From an uncultured Gammaproteobacteria bacterium (GTDB taxonomy: Bacteria; Pseudomonadota; Gammaproteobacteria; JAURND01): DNA of 64,000 bases. How positions within the stretch are numbered: position 1 is the first letter of the stretch; each line of letters begins with the position of its first letter. Where the stretch lies: positions 320,001 through 384,000 of the forward strand of contig CAVQQD010000003.1 in NCBI GenBank assembly GCA_963714975.1, written 5' to 3'. The position numbers were made by a program, and so were the translations under genes. Below the pieces are notes generated by a model that worked only from the letters and a program-made list of their open reading frames with translations, was not told the DNA's origin and searched no databases. Below, piece by piece: positions 9,137 through 17,645 of this stretch.

Positions 9137-10102
9137 TCAAGCTAATTTTAATATATTTTGATCAAACACGGTTTCAGATTTTAGTATCCCGTAAATCATA
9201 TGAACAAGCTTTCTCATTACTGCGCCAATAATAACCATTTTGTGTTTGCCGGTTTTTTCTAGTCGCATAGAAAAATTTCTGAGTATTGGGTTATGTCTCA
9301 TGGCGACAACAGCGGGCATATAAAATGCTTTTCTTAGAGCCGAATCACCTGTTTTAGAGAGTCTAGCTCTACCATTGATAGAGGTTCCTGATTGTCGTTG
9401 CTTGGGATTAAGACCAACGAATGCCGCCAATTCTTTCGCATTATTGAATTTACTCACATTCCCAATAAAAGCCAATATCTGCGCTGTAGTTGCTTCTCCA
9501 ATACCAGGAATAGATTGCAATAGCTTGCTTTTTTTCTTCATGTCAGGATCGCTATTTATGTGATTTTTAATGACATTTTTAACTTCCTTAATATTGTTTT
9601 CTAAGTGGATAATGTTCTCTTGTATGTGCTCCTTTAAACAATCATCAGAGACTTCTAATCGGTTTGCTTCTTGCCTGTGCATAGCGATTAAATCATCCAA
9701 TCTCCTAACCCATTGCTGTAATATTTTAATCGGTTCAGGAGTTGGTTGCCATAATTCTGGGCCTATCAACTTACAAAATCTTGCAATTAATTTTGCATCA
9801 AGAATATCATTTTTAGAGCGGGCTAATTCACTTTGAGAAAATCCTTTAATTCTCGCAGGATTAACAACGCTTATAGGGATTTCTTGAGCATAAAGAAATT
9901 CGGCTAATGCCTGCCCGTAAATACTGGTTGCTTCCATACAAGCTTGAGACAACACGATTTCCTTCTGGTTTAGCCATACAAGTAATTTATTAAAGCCTTG
10001 CTCGTTATTGTTGAATTTTTGAGTTTTTATCTTATCTTCCATTAGCACAGCTACATCAAATGTATTTTTACTGATATCAATGCCTAGAAATGCTTTCTTC
10101 AT
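9137..10102 (-). CDS. IS110 bridge recombinase (DEDD plus Tnp_20 domains)
   Basis: GIDISK, MEAT, KNDILDA, SIPGIG and RQSG motifs; 321 aa, intact. Confidence 0.96.
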   Translation of the reverse strand: MKKAFLGIDISKNTFDVAVLMEDKIKTQKFNNNEQGFNKLLVWLNQKEIVLSQACMEATSIYGQALAEFLYAQEIPISVVNPARIKGFSQSELARSKNDILDAKLIARFCKLIGPELWQPTPEPIKILQQWVRRLDDLIAMHRQEANRLEVSDDCLKEHIQENIIHLENNIKEVKNVIKNHINSDPDMKKKSKLLQSIPGIGEATTAQILAFIGNVSKFNNAKELAAFVGLNPKQRQSGTSINGRARLSKTGDSALRKAFYMPAVVAMRHNPILRNFSMRLEKTGKHKMVIIGAVMRKLVHMIYGILKSETVFDQNILKLA

Positions 10103-10139
10103 AGTAGTATCCTACATGTTGCGAATAGCTTGGATAGCT

Positions 10140-10330
10140 TTATTCGGACCAACCTTGTGAATACAGGATCATTGATATTTACCTCAAGTCCTAAGATACC
10201 GTCCGGTCTGTATGAATAAAGTACGGGGTAAATTGCTAAAATCTCCTCTACAGGCTTAATGCCTTAGGAAGTCACCGGCATATTTACCCCTATCCAAGTG
10301 CCCTTGGATATTTAACCACATTGAGTGATT
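10140..10330 (-). ncRNA. IS110 bridge RNA (boundaries approximate)
   Basis: 5' hairpin at 10291-10310; target loop closed by GGGGTAAAT/ATTTACCCC and holding TGACTTCCT and AGAGGAG; donor loop holding ACGGTATCT and ACAAG. Confidence 0.85.
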
Positions 10331-10368
10331 GGAATTAAGATACAAGGATGTCAAAACTTTTAGGGGTA

Positions 10369-10438
10369 CCAGAATAAGAGAATAAGTGAAATTTGTTCGG
10401 TAGCAAGGGAACAAATTTCACTTATTCTCTTATTCTGG
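10369..10438. repeat. Perfect 30-bp inverted repeat with 10-nt loop
   Basis: CCAGAATAAGAGAATAAGTGAAATTTGTTC followed by its exact reverse complement. Confidence 0.9.
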
Positions 10439-10814
10439 GGGAGAGTGGTAGTTATAAAAATATTCTCGGATTCACCTGATACAAGGTTGTAGGCTTTTTA
10501 GTATGGGTCAATTTAATGGGAAGACTAACTATATTACGTTGATGCAACCAAACTAATACTTTGGCCAATCGCTCGGGTTTGCGAAACCTTAATTTTCCTG
10601 TTCCCTGGATCCCTGTATCCATGTAGGGATGACGGGGGCTGCGGTGATTCGCCGAGAATTAGTTAGGTCGTGAATTAAATTCCCACCCTCTCCGCCGATT
10701 CCATTTTAGAATTGCTGCGTGTCGCTGTATCCTAAAATAACTTTGAACAATGTATCAGCATAAATTAGTTGTTTAGAAGGCTGCCCTGGAAACAGGAAGG
10801 GCAGCAATGAGAGT

Positions 10815-11876
10815 TCACTTTATAGTTGTATTTGGCGTTGATTCAGGATCTCTTTCAATAAGAGCAGTTTCTAGATATTCATGCTTTTGTCGATTATATT
10901 CCCCGTCAATTGTTACTATAAGAAGTACAAAAAGGAAGGCTTCCGCGAATATAAAAGGTAGAGGTCCAAGCCCATCCAGCGATCTCCCAATGTCTTGTAG
11001 TGATACAAAATGAAAAAGTAAAACATTTCCTGCTATCGCCGCTGCTGCTATAGTACTAACTGGTTTATAGGTATTTGAAACAAATGTTGACTTATCTACT
11101 TTAAAAGCCTCATAGTCAAAATAAAAATCCTTTAGCCCACGACCTAAATCATCATCAGAGCATTTCACTTGCTGATAGTATGTTACGGCTGAATTTGAGC
11201 TATTCTTGTCTTCTAACTGCTTATAATGGGCTGTATAGTATGCTGATTTGTCTGACCATGATTGTCGTTTCCGTGCCTCAGAAAACCCGTAATATTCTCC
11301 CCCAGGAGCTTTAGCATTTATCAGCTGGTTTGGGGAGTAATACTTGCTTCGACTAAGAGGCGTTAGAAATGTATAAACACTTTTGCTTTCCCCTTGAGGT
11401 GGCTCAAGCAATCTAAATATAGGAAAAGGCTCGTCAGTCATTGGACTTTGACCTGCTGCCAAAATTTTGCAATAAGGACGGCGCGTTGGCGATTTAGGTG
11501 CTTTGCCGCCTTTAAAACCGAGGTCTTGCTTTAAGAGGTCGACAAGCTTGTTAATTTCTACACCATCTTGCTCTTGCTCTTTAGCCTCCTCTAAACCCAC
11601 GACACGTGTTAGCTTGAATCGTTGTCCTGACTCTGACGATTCATCGTTGATACTAGTAACTTGGTAATCCCCCAAGAATATTTTTTCTGAATGACCACCC
11701 TGCGTCTGGTCTAAAATATGTTTGATCTCATTAAGAAAAATGTTATCAATACGCTCCTCTAACAATTCTTTACGTGTTTTCTGGTTTGGTTTAGCTAGAA
11801 CGGAAGGGTCAGGTGGGATTACAGCATATTCATACAATGTCAACTCGTTGTGTAATTCAGTTGTACCTTGTTGCAT
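10815..11876 (-). CDS. Hypothetical effector-like protein, paralog of 5449-6480
   Basis: High visible identity to the paralog; same upstream leader. Confidence 0.8.
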   Translation of the reverse strand: MQQGTTELHNELTLYEYAVIPPDPSVLAKPNQKTRKELLEERIDNIFLNEIKHILDQTQGGHSEKIFLGDYQVTSINDESSESGQRFKLTRVVGLEEAKEQEQDGVEINKLVDLLKQDLGFKGGKAPKSPTRRPYCKILAAGQSPMTDEPFPIFRLLEPPQGESKSVYTFLTPLSRSKYYSPNQLINAKAPGGEYYGFSEARKRQSWSDKSAYYTAHYKQLEDKNSSNSAVTYYQQVKCSDDDLGRGLKDFYFDYEAFKVDKSTFVSNTYKPVSTIAAAAIAGNVLLFHFVSLQDIGRSLDGLGPLPFIFAEAFLFVLLIVTIDGEYNRQKHEYLETALIERDPESTPNTTIK

Positions 11877-12216
11877 ATTTAATTTCCTCTTAGATTAAAT
11901 TTTGGCTAATTTATCAAATAATTCGTTGTTTTACAATTAATTGTTTTTGGGTTAGCGGCAATTTAGTAATGTCTGCTGGAGAGAAAGAAGCCTTATCTGA
12001 GTTATGAAAAGGTGATATTTCTAAATTGCTTTACTATCGAAGGTTATTGGTGGTATTGCGGCCGTGGGCTTATGCCCACGATTCTTGCGATTAATTATGG
12101 CCTTTTTGTGAAAAGCAAATTTTCGTTACAACAGCACTCAACGAAATACGGTATTGATAATTCTCTCTCGACATTTATAGTGAGCAGCCTCTGCCACTAC
12201 TTTATGCGAGAAAATT

Positions 12217-13221
12217 ATGTCCCCCAAAAATAAAACTATTGATCTTCCTGTTCCTAATACTCCTCACGACAATTTTTTTGTGAACTGCTTGTCAGACTTA
12301 ACCACCGCTAAGGAATTTCTATTACAGCATCTTCCACAACCACTGTTGGATGTCTTGGATTTGACCACCCTGGAAATAGATCACAGTCGCTTCGTGAGTT
12401 CTATTTTATGTTCTCGCTATGCCGATATTGTATTTAAGGCGCGACTTAAAAATTCCCAACAAACAGCCTTGATCATTACCCATATTGAGCATCAATTGAC
12501 TCCAAAGAGGGATATGCCAGTACGTGTTTTGCTTTATCAGACCGGAGTTATTAAAGATTATTGGTACCGATGCAAACAAATTCCCCTGGTGTATTCGATA
12601 GTTTATTACAATGGCAAAGAGGTTTGGCATTATCCCACTGACCTTAAGGCGATGATCAATGCGTCAGCGGATCTAATTGACCGTTATTTTCTCCAGCCTT
12701 TTCAATTAATACACTCAAAAGAAGTCCCTGATGAAGCATCAGGGCAAACTTTCCTGTTGGATTTGATGCAAATAACCATGGGGCATATTCACGATAGTGA
12801 TATGCTACCAGTATTTAAAGAGAAAATAATGGGCAGGTTAATTACCGCTGAAAAACACGGTAGACAAGATTTAATCTTAATCGTAATATACTATATTATA
12901 AGTACCGGTGAAATTAGCGATAAAAATGCTTTTTATGCGCTGGTTGATTCCCAATTATCTCAAGAAACTGGAGAAAAAGTTATGACTTTAGCACAACAGT
13001 GGCGTGAAGAAGGGCGCCAAGAAGAAAGAGAAAAAACTATGACTTTAGCTCAGCAGTGGCGTGAAGAAGGACGCCAAGAAGAAAGAGAAAAAACTATGAC
13101 TTTAGCACAGCAGTGGCGTGAAGAGGGGCACCAAGAAGAAAGGTTGATAGTAGCTGCTTCTATGTTAGAACAAGGCTTTAGTCCCGAAGTGATTGCTCAA
13201 GTCACCGGCTTATCTGTGTAA
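12217..13221 (+). CDS. Rpn/YhgA-like (Transposase_31) nuclease
   Basis: PHDNFF, ADIVF and IEHQ PD-(D/E)XK motifs; C-terminal MTLAQQW repeats; IAQVTGL tail. Confidence 0.92.
   Translation: MSPKNKTIDLPVPNTPHDNFFVNCLSDLTTAKEFLLQHLPQPLLDVLDLTTLEIDHSRFVSSILCSRYADIVFKARLKNSQQTALIITHIEHQLTPKRDMPVRVLLYQTGVIKDYWYRCKQIPLVYSIVYYNGKEVWHYPTDLKAMINASADLIDRYFLQPFQLIHSKEVPDEASGQTFLLDLMQITMGHIHDSDMLPVFKEKIMGRLITAEKHGRQDLILIVIYYIISTGEISDKNAFYALVDSQLSQETGEKVMTLAQQWREEGRQEEREKTMTLAQQWREEGRQEEREKTMTLAQQWREEGHQEERLIVAASMLEQGFSPEVIAQVTGLSV
12982..13140 (+). repeat. 57-bp tandem repeat x3 in the Rpn C-terminus
   Basis: MTLAQQWREEG(R/H)QEE units starting at 12982, 13039 and 13096. Confidence 0.95.
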
Positions 13222-13499
13222 AGGTTTATCAAATTGCGCTGAAAAACACCTTCCTTCAGGAAGGTGATGAAAAACGCGCATTTTTCTTTTGATTGTTTTG
13301 TAGGTCAAGAGTATACTTCACGAATGAAATTTTAGCGGCACAAAAATTCGTAATTCTCTTTAATGCAGCTCATCAAAAGTATCCAGGCTATTATCGAAAA
13401 ACTAATCAGGTGAGTAAATGTAGTTCGTACCTCAATCCACTTTCCCTTGGGAAATTATTTTTGTCCCCTACAGAGATGCTGTACTTCTTACTGAGGTTG

Positions 13500-13531
13500 T
13501 TAATATTCAGTTAAGTTTTATGAAATAGAAT
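13500..13531 (+). promoter_or_regulatory. PmrA-type box plus -10
   Basis: TTAAT-attcag-TTAAG, with TAGAAT 15 nt after the start of the second half-site. Confidence 0.75.
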
Positions 13532-13577
13532 GGCTTAATATTGAATGGTGAAAACAACCTAATAATGAAACTAGGGT

Positions 13578-16500
13578 ATGGCCAAAACTAACGAGCCCAA
13601 GACACAGGTGCATTCTGTGGTAAATAGTCTTTTTTATCCTAAAACCAAAGCAGGTAAGGTAGCGCTGGTCAGCAGCAAAGCCGTGCTTGTTGGCACTGCA
13701 AGCCCTGCTGTAGTGGCTTTCATCTGTTATGTCCTGCCGCTAGGAATCGATTATTTTGCCGCCAATATTCTAGATAAATCAGATGTAGATGCGGCAGGTA
13801 AGGTAAAAGCTTGGACAATAGAGCATATTGAACAACTGAAATTGACCGCAGAAATTTATGGGGCAGCGATGGGCTTGCTGTTATTAGCAGCTCTTGCTGC
13901 TGCTGCGTATGCCAATTGTCAATCTAAGGTTCCAGATAAGAGTATAGGTTCTCCCGTTGAGGAACGAAAAATAAGGTCCTTCTCCAAGGAAGAGAATCCC
14001 TATACTATCCGAACTCGGCACGATGTAGCAGAGACTGATATCCAAAAATTCCAGAAAGAGAATAAAGAGGCAAAATTAAGGGTTTATGGGCCCGATTGGA
14101 TCAAGGAAGAATTGAACAAAATTTGGGGGGAATTTGCAGGCAAACATTTCAAAATTATAGATGGTCAGGGGGTAGAAATCCAAACCCTTATTGTTCCCAA
14201 AGAGCCCAGCTTAGAATTTTTGCAGTTATTGGCTCGTAATGAAGAAATGAATACCAATGGAGAAATAAAAACAGCTTATTACAATAATTTTCAAGGAATT
14301 AGTCGTAAGGCAGTGCTCACTCTTAAAGATTTGGTAAGGCACACGCTGCTTATCTCTAAAGCAAAATTTAAGAGCGAGGGGGGCTATAAAGGAAGAATAG
14401 TAGAGTATAAAAGACCTAAAGAGGCCTATATCATTGACTTATGTGGCCCTCAATTTCAGCAAAAATATAATTATGGTCGCAATTTATTTATTCCCCAAAC
14501 ACCCTATCCCCCTGATAAGAGCGCCACTGTTTATGAGCGATTAACGGGGCATCCACCCCTGCTTTTTGCTGATATAAAGCAGAAAATAGATCGGGGTGAC
14601 CCCTCTTATACTCAACGATATACCTTTTTCACCTGGAGGGGTGACTTGGGATATTTTGATCGCTATGCGTATAAGCAGATGGTGAGCCAAGATTTTTATT
14701 TAAGTGCCATGGCAATCCAGGATTTGGCCCAAGCAGATCAGCAAGAAATCGATTTTCGTTTTTTATCCTATGGAACAGGCGCTTTTGCCGGCCCATTTGC
14801 TACTATACTCAAAGCCAATATCTTAGATGGGGTGCTGGATGGTCTAGAAAAATTAGCAGCCCAGGGTTTCTTTCCTTCGCAAATCAAACGCCTCACTTTT
14901 CCTCATTACGATGGAGCAAGTTGGGAGCAGAAGCAAAAAATTCAAGCGTTTTGTACGCGTTATGGTCTCGATTGCGAATTCACGAGCCAAGATGCTTTAT
15001 ACCAAAACCCTAATAAAACACCATACACCATCGCTGTTACTTCGACAGGGGACCCGAATGCTCCATTTGCTAATGAAGTCCGGTATCGTAGTAGTGTCGA
15101 TGCCATGTTAGGCTGTAATGAGGTAAATCGGGGTCTGGGTCTGCATCCTCTACTAGTTAAGCCCACTGAGCACTTAATTGCTATTCCAATGGCCCGGCCC
15201 TTGAGTATGGATTACTATAAAGCAGCACAGTATGTGGAGAAGGAGTATAAAGATTCTAACCTTATTCCCAGCTGTGCCAGCTATTATTTCCTGCCTGTGG
15301 TATTGGATTTTCTTATCGCAGATGCTACAGATCCGAAATTAGTAAAGTTTTGTAAAAATATTGCCAGTTCTCCTCAGGCTTTGGCCAGGCTGCGTGCGGC
15401 CCTGCTTTTTACCCTAATCGAAAAATCGAGCGAGTCGCCACCCAATATAGCCCAAAATATGGCTGATTATTTTAGTTCTCAAGGAGTTCCTGTTCACACC
15501 TCCAAAATATTTGCTGAGGCTTTAAGGGAGATGCATAACTCAGAATGCAAATTCTCTTGCCCTGAAGCGAGATACCTTAAAGACTTACTTACTTTCAGCC
15601 ATAAGCTAGTTAAAAAAGTCGACCTGCAAGAGTTACAGAAAGTTTACACAAAAGGGGAAATTACCGGGGAAAAGTTAAAGATTTTACAAAACTATGCAGC
15701 AGAGTTGATCGAAGCTGCGAAGGAAATAAATACTGGGGATAAGGTTTTAGAACAGATGGCGCTTGTACCCAGCCCTGAGTTTTATTCTAGATCGGAAAAG
15801 CTAAAAATTAGGGAATGTAATGAAGTAGTTAGAGCACCCATTGTTGGGTTGAGTCTAGTGAGTCTCTTTGCTAAAAAACCTTTAGCAACCGCTCTTAAGG
15901 GAACTGATTATGTATTTGTGCCCGATCAAAGACAATTTTTGTATGATACCGAACAAACCATCCAGCTTGCCTCGTTACCAATGGAACAAATCCAAGCACA
16001 AAACTGCGCTACCACGTTGCAGAAGCAATTGGATCAACAAGGAGCTTGGGGGCTAGCTGCTTCTATCAATAATGGACGAGTCTATATTACCGGGGACCCT
16101 GAGGTCCTCAAAACTTTGCGGGCCCCCACCGCTGCTGAATTTAAACCAGAACTACCAGACTTCAAGCCTGCTATTCAGGTAGGTAACTTACTGAGGGCTT
16201 TGATTGAGAATAAGTTATCTGCTGGTTTACACGGTTTTGAGGTGCAAGCCAATACTTGTCCGCAAAATGTTATGGCGTTGAGTAATCACTTGAGCATTGA
16301 TTCTGCCGACCAGGCGCGAGAGTTAGGGGGAAAACTTAAAGAACTTAATAAAACTCACCTGCCAGGTTCAGGTGTGTACCTGACTTTAACTCGAAATCAC
16401 GATAATTTGTACCAAATTATGCTGTTAGGTAGTCCCAGAGCCTTGCAGAATTTTATATTTGAGAGCTCTCGTTTGCTCGAAAATCAAAAGAACTATAGGC

Positions 16501-17471
16501 CTCTTATAAAAGAACCGCCGGAAGAGACACCTCAAGAAATAAAGTTTCGGTCCACAAGTTTGCCAGATGCCTCCTCTCAGCAGATTATTGGAAACCTTGA
16601 TAGTGGAAAATCAGGCTTCACAACTACACCATTAGATGAAGCCAAGCAGTATGTTTTCCCCCCAGAATTTTTCCAATCTCCAGGTGCCAAAGAAATTTTA
16701 TCCGAATCCGAGCGAGAAGAATTTGAAAAAGAATATAAACAATTATTAGCAAGGGGAACTTTGATTTATCAAGTAGAAAGCAAGAGAATATCTCTCGTAT
16801 ATATAAAAAATATTGGAGGAGAAGAGGGTTTTGGCACTTCCGCAATGAGTCATTTGATGAAATTAAGCTTTGCTATGAAAAAGCCGCTTTATACTAACGC
16901 GGTTGAATCCTCCCACGGTTTTTACGACAAGATGGGCTGGATTCCAGCACGAAAAACTTGTTCCTATGTTTATGAAAAATATGGAGCACCTGCTGGTGAT
17001 GCGGTAAGTAAGTTATGTTCCTGCTCTCCAGGGGCCGATATAGCTCAGATGGATGGCTTAGATATCAAGGAGTTAAAAAGAATCTTAAGCTCGGAAAAGA
17101 ATTTCCCAACGGAAACAATCACTGCTGACATGCTCCGGGAGGAGCAGGGATGGTTTGCTGAATTACAGAAAAAAACGTTGCCTTACTGTAGCAATTACTA
17201 TATTCCTGCCCGGCTTTTGGCATTGAAAAAAGGTGAAAAACGTGACTCATCTGGATGGATGGACCCTGAGGAGATGATCCCTTCGTCTCTGGGCATAGTT
17301 CGCTGGAAAGAGTCTATAGAGCAGAACAAAAATTTCGAGCCATTTCGTGATTGCGCTCATCTCGTACCCTTTATGACTCCTGAACAGAGAGCAGCGCGAG
17401 ATCAAATTCTTGCTAGCACTGACTTATCTTCTTCCTTATCAAATTCAGTTTCGTTGAGCACGAATAGCTAG
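13578..17471 (+). CDS. Large multidomain candidate effector (TM, macrodomain-like region, C-terminal GNAT-like region)
   Basis: 1297 aa; two N-terminal hydrophobic helices; SYGTGAFAG; GFGTSAM...SSHGFYDKMGW; Ser-rich tail; PmrA-type box. Confidence 0.7.
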   Translation: MAKTNEPKTQVHSVVNSLFYPKTKAGKVALVSSKAVLVGTASPAVVAFICYVLPLGIDYFAANILDKSDVDAAGKVKAWTIEHIEQLKLTAEIYGAAMGLLLLAALAAAAYANCQSKVPDKSIGSPVEERKIRSFSKEENPYTIRTRHDVAETDIQKFQKENKEAKLRVYGPDWIKEELNKIWGEFAGKHFKIIDGQGVEIQTLIVPKEPSLEFLQLLARNEEMNTNGEIKTAYYNNFQGISRKAVLTLKDLVRHTLLISKAKFKSEGGYKGRIVEYKRPKEAYIIDLCGPQFQQKYNYGRNLFIPQTPYPPDKSATVYERLTGHPPLLFADIKQKIDRGDPSYTQRYTFFTWRGDLGYFDRYAYKQMVSQDFYLSAMAIQDLAQADQQEIDFRFLSYGTGAFAGPFATILKANILDGVLDGLEKLAAQGFFPSQIKRLTFPHYDGASWEQKQKIQAFCTRYGLDCEFTSQDALYQNPNKTPYTIAVTSTGDPNAPFANEVRYRSSVDAMLGCNEVNRGLGLHPLLVKPTEHLIAIPMARPLSMDYYKAAQYVEKEYKDSNLIPSCASYYFLPVVLDFLIADATDPKLVKFCKNIASSPQALARLRAALLFTLIEKSSESPPNIAQNMADYFSSQGVPVHTSKIFAEALREMHNSECKFSCPEARYLKDLLTFSHKLVKKVDLQELQKVYTKGEITGEKLKILQNYAAELIEAAKEINTGDKVLEQMALVPSPEFYSRSEKLKIRECNEVVRAPIVGLSLVSLFAKKPLATALKGTDYVFVPDQRQFLYDTEQTIQLASLPMEQIQAQNCATTLQKQLDQQGAWGLAASINNGRVYITGDPEVLKTLRAPTAAEFKPELPDFKPAIQVGNLLRALIENKLSAGLHGFEVQANTCPQNVMALSNHLSIDSADQARELGGKLKELNKTHLPGSGVYLTLTRNHDNLYQIMLLGSPRALQNFIFESSRLLENQKNYRPLIKEPPEETPQEIKFRSTSLPDASSQQIIGNLDSGKSGFTTTPLDEAKQYVFPPEFFQSPGAKEILSESEREEFEKEYKQLLARGTLIYQVESKRISLVYIKNIGGEEGFGTSAMSHLMKLSFAMKKPLYTNAVESSHGFYDKMGWIPARKTCSYVYEKYGAPAGDAVSKLCSCSPGADIAQMDGLDIKELKRILSSEKNFPTETITADMLREEQGWFAELQKKTLPYCSNYYIPARLLALKKGEKRDSSGWMDPEEMIPSSLGIVRWKESIEQNKNFEPFRDCAHLVPFMTPEQRAARDQILASTDLSSSLSNSVSLSTNS

Positions 17472-17645
17472 AGATTTCACTCCTGCGCTTGTATTGTAAT
17501 TTTTTTTTTGGTACATTGCCGTTTGCTATTTTGTGGGATGCTTTAGCTTTCTAGCTAGAGAGGAGCCAAAATAACTCGCGGGATATGGGCTTTCCCTTTC
17601 CAAAATGTTTGAAATAATATTCCTAAATAAATGGAGATTGAAATT

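Larger units (their letters stand above)
9120..10346 (-). mobile_element. IS110-family (IS621-like) insertion sequence
   Basis: CT core at both ends (9120-9121, 10345-10346); joined ends give ACGGTAT-CT-TGTAT. Confidence 0.92.
7850..10354 (+). mobile_element. tnpA-less IS200/IS605 (IS1341-like) element interrupted by IS110; left end approximate
   Basis: Right-end hairpin TCCTCGCCCT-TT-AGGGCGAGGA at 9099-9120; terminal GATGTCAA displaced to 10347-10354. Confidence 0.8.
5406..10696. mobile_element. Degenerate genomic island at the tRNA-Ser 3' end
   Basis: 16-bp direct repeat TCCCACCCTCTCCGCC at 5406-5421 (tRNA 3' end) and 10681-10696; no integrase seen. Confidence 0.7.
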
